From: an uncultured delta proteobacterium
Lineage (GTDB): Bacteria > Myxococcota_A > Polyangia > Polyangiales > Polyangiaceae
Assembly (NCBI GenBank): GCA_963716725.1
Contig: CAVQUB010000001.1
Span: 160,001-224,000, forward strand
DNA: 64,000 nucleotides
Direction: 5' to 3'
Part shown: positions 61,741 through 64,000 of the stretch, piece by piece
Numbering within the stretch: position 1 is the stretch's first letter
How the letters are laid out: each line of letters starts with the position of its first letter
The notes under the pieces: model-generated
Databases searched by the model: none
What the model was told of the DNA's origin: nothing
The model's input: only the letters and a program-made list of their open reading frames with translations
Position numbers and translations under genes: made by a program

Positions 61741-63600
61741 TTGGCGGACGCCGATAACGACACAGTGGTCGCGGTCCCGTCGCCGAATGACTCGGCCGAC
61801 GACGCGCCGACCACGCTCTCGGGTCCATCTGTTTCGGCCTCCGGCGTCCGGGGCACCCAGGGCAGCGCGGTGCAAGAGCGCTCTGCCTCCGCTGCGTCCG
61901 TCGAGCTGGCCACCCGGGGCAGCGCCGTCATTCTGAGGCGCGAAGAGGCCGAGCGCATCATCGCGATGATGAAGGTCATCGGGCTGGTCGCCGCGCTGGC
62001 CGGCGTGACCCAGTGGATCCCGCGGGACCTGCCCTACCGAGGGGCCTGCAGCGTCGTCTACGCCTTCACGGTGGCCGTGACGCTGGGGCTCTTGTCGCGT
62101 TTTCGGGACCGCTCGCGCTACGATCACCGACTCGCGATGTTCCACGCGGGCTGCGCCGTCGCCAGCGTGCTCGCTGCCGCCGCGTCGGTCGGCGTCTTCT
62201 CCGGCACCATCGTCTCCGCCGCCCTGGGCATCTTCTTCTACGGATCGGGCGACGACAAGCGGCTCGGTTGGTTCGTCTACGCGACCGGCACGCTGGGCTA
62301 TGCCGCGCTCTTCGCGCTGACCATCGGCGGCGTCATGCCGCTCGACCGTGGCCTAGTCGCCATCGCCGAGCCCGACGTGTTGGGACTCGTGGTGCTCTCC
62401 CTCGAGCTTCAGGCCTTCTTGGCGTTCACGTTCTGGAGCGCACGTCGGGTCCGATCGGCCACCCGCGAGGCGTTTCTGCGACTCGAAGGCGCGGCCCGAC
62501 GCATCGAGCAGCGAGAGGCCCTGCTCGACGAGGCTCGCGCCGATTTGGATCGGGAGCAGGCGGCGCGCCTCGGGCGCTACACCGGGCAGTCCGTCGGCGA
62601 ATACATGGTCGACGAGGTGATCGGACGGGGCGCCATGGGCGACGTGTACGCGGCTCGGGCCGCAGACGGCTCGCCCGCCGCGCTCAAGTTCTTGAATCCG
62701 AATCAGTTGACGGAGCCGGGCGCGCTCCAGCGCTTTCTGCGCGAAGCGGAGATCGCTGGGACGCTGAAGTCACCGCACGTGACCCGCCTCTTTGGGACGG
62801 GCGAGGCCAGCGACGGCGCGCCCTATCTGGCCATGGAGCTCTTGGTCGGTGAAGACTTGGGCAAGCGCCTGCGCAAGAAGAAGCGAATGAGCGCCCGTGA
62901 CGCCGCGAAATTGGTCAGAGAGGTCGCCGAAGCCTTGGAGGTGGCTCGGGAGCGCGGCGTGGTGCACCGAGACATCAAGCCGCAGAATCTGTTCCTGGCC
63001 AGCGAGGGCGGGCGCAGGCGCTGGAAGGTCTTGGACTTCGGGGTGTCCAAGATCCGTGAGAGCCACGCCACCCTGACGCAGGGCGCGGCGATCGGCACCC
63101 CGAGCTACATGTCGCCGGAGCAGGCCCGGGGCAAGGACCTCGACCATCGCTCCGATGTCTTCGCGCTGGGCGTGGTCGCGTACCGCATGCTCACTGGACG
63201 TCCCGCGTTCACCGGAGCGGACAGCGCGATCACGCTCTACAACGTGATCTACAAACAGCCCGAGCGCCCCTCGGAGGTGGTGAGGCTCGGGCCGGACGTC
63301 GAGCGGGTGCTCGCGCTCACTTTGGCCAAGGACCGGGAGCAACGGCCGGCGACCGCGCGGCTGTTCGCCAGAGCGCTCGCCGACGCGCTTGGTGGCAACT
63401 TGGAGCCCAAGCTGCGCGAGGCCGCGGATCGGTTGATCGCCAAGCAGCCCTGGGGCGAGGAGATCCGACACCCGAAGCGCCCGAGTCGAGGCGTCGCCGG
63501 CTCAGCGCTTCCCGTGGGCGACCTTCACGACCCGCAGCGTGCGCTTCTGGAGGAAAGGCTGCTCTCCGGTGCGGATGCGCACGGTGGCCGGCGTCCGTGA
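61741..63600 (+). CDS. Membrane-bound Hanks-type Ser/Thr protein kinase
   Basis: Several TMs; IGRGAMGDVY, ALK, HRDIKPQN, DFG, GTPSYMSPEQ, SDVFALG. Confidence 0.95.
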   Translation: MADADNDTVVAVPSPNDSADDAPTTLSGPSVSASGVRGTQGSAVQERSASAASVELATRGSAVILRREEAERIIAMMKVIGLVAALAGVTQWIPRDLPYRGACSVVYAFTVAVTLGLLSRFRDRSRYDHRLAMFHAGCAVASVLAAAASVGVFSGTIVSAALGIFFYGSGDDKRLGWFVYATGTLGYAALFALTIGGVMPLDRGLVAIAEPDVLGLVVLSLELQAFLAFTFWSARRVRSATREAFLRLEGAARRIEQREALLDEARADLDREQAARLGRYTGQSVGEYMVDEVIGRGAMGDVYAARAADGSPAALKFLNPNQLTEPGALQRFLREAEIAGTLKSPHVTRLFGTGEASDGAPYLAMELLVGEDLGKRLRKKKRMSARDAAKLVREVAEALEVARERGVVHRDIKPQNLFLASEGGRRRWKVLDFGVSKIRESHATLTQGAAIGTPSYMSPEQARGKDLDHRSDVFALGVVAYRMLTGRPAFTGADSAITLYNVIYKQPERPSEVVRLGPDVERVLALTLAKDREQRPATARLFARALADALGGNLEPKLREAADRLIAKQPWGEEIRHPKRPSRGVAGSALPVGDLHDPQRALLEERLLSGADAHGGRRP

Positions 63601-64000
63601 GACCGCCCGCCCCACGAAAGCGTCGAGATCCCACTCTTCACCGGCCTCGGTGGCGTCGTAGCGGGCGTGCACCAGGTACAGGCCCGGGCTGCCGAAGGTG
63701 CCCGTCGGGCAGAGCTCGATCAACCGGCTCACGACCGAGATCGAGCCGCCGGGACGGAGCCGGGTGAAGGCTTGTCGATCTGGGGCCCGGGTGTCCGGCT
63801 GGGGGTCGCAGGTCATCAGGCCATCCGGGCGCATCACCTCGAACTTCACCAGCTCGCGGCGAAAGTAGACGGTCTCGGTGCGTTTGCCGCGGTTCTGAAG
63901 GGTGAGCTTCACCGTGGCGGTCCGCTCCGCGTGGGCGTCGGAGCCTTGCACCATGCGCAAGACGAGGGGGCTCTCGTCGCTCGCCTTCCGGTCGGCGGCG
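63502..64000 (-). CDS. Hypothetical protein, 3' end (runs off the window)
   Basis: Open beta-rich frame continuing past the window end. Confidence 0.6.
   Translation of the reverse strand, partial: AADRKASDESPLVLRMVQGSDAHAERTATVKLTLQNRGKRTETVYFRRELVKFEVMRPDGLMTCDPQPDTRAPDRQAFTRLRPGGSISVVSRLIELCPTGTFGSPGLYLVHARYDATEAGEEWDLDAFVGRAVSRTPATVRIRTGEQPFLQKRTLRVVKVAHGKR

Overview
High-GC window, probably from Myxococcota (Polyangiales-like). This is inferred from the many Gly-linker/Cys-rich lipoproteins, a sigma-54 regulator and a Ser/Thr kinase. Bases ~1-20 kb are a mosaic accessory region downstream of hemB. It holds three same-orientation copies of the hemB 3' end, MITE/REP-like repeats, an AbiEii-type TA pair, a truncated teneurin/RHS-like gene, a DDE+AAA-ATPase transposon, a degenerate IS, a lectin-repeat/glycoside hydrolase + FGE-domain locus and a trypsin/FG-GAP lipoprotein. 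Bases 20-64 kb are mostly core-like: hemB, NfeD-flotillin-flotillin, YeaH and SpoVR (with a 400-aa LAGLIDADG intein), TPR, SDR, MazF TA, a 7TM-DISM kinase/NtrC pair with a divergent sigma-54-driven LuxR gene, a MarR-BKACE-ECH-carboxyltransferase cluster, heme proteins, a B-lectin, a large zinc metalloprotease and a Ser/Thr kinase. The most notable item is a 3.7-kb element with two tyrosine recombinases, a stand-alone DnaA-domain-IV-like protein and two small ORFs. It has 13-bp inverted ends and splits a gluconolactonase gene so that excision would restore the frame. A self-contained heme-protein cassette is flanked by a perfect 65-bp direct repeat. Several single-base frameshifts, dense at 26.2-28.2 kb, look like sequencing errors. 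All family assignments come from motif recognition by eye; no searches were run.
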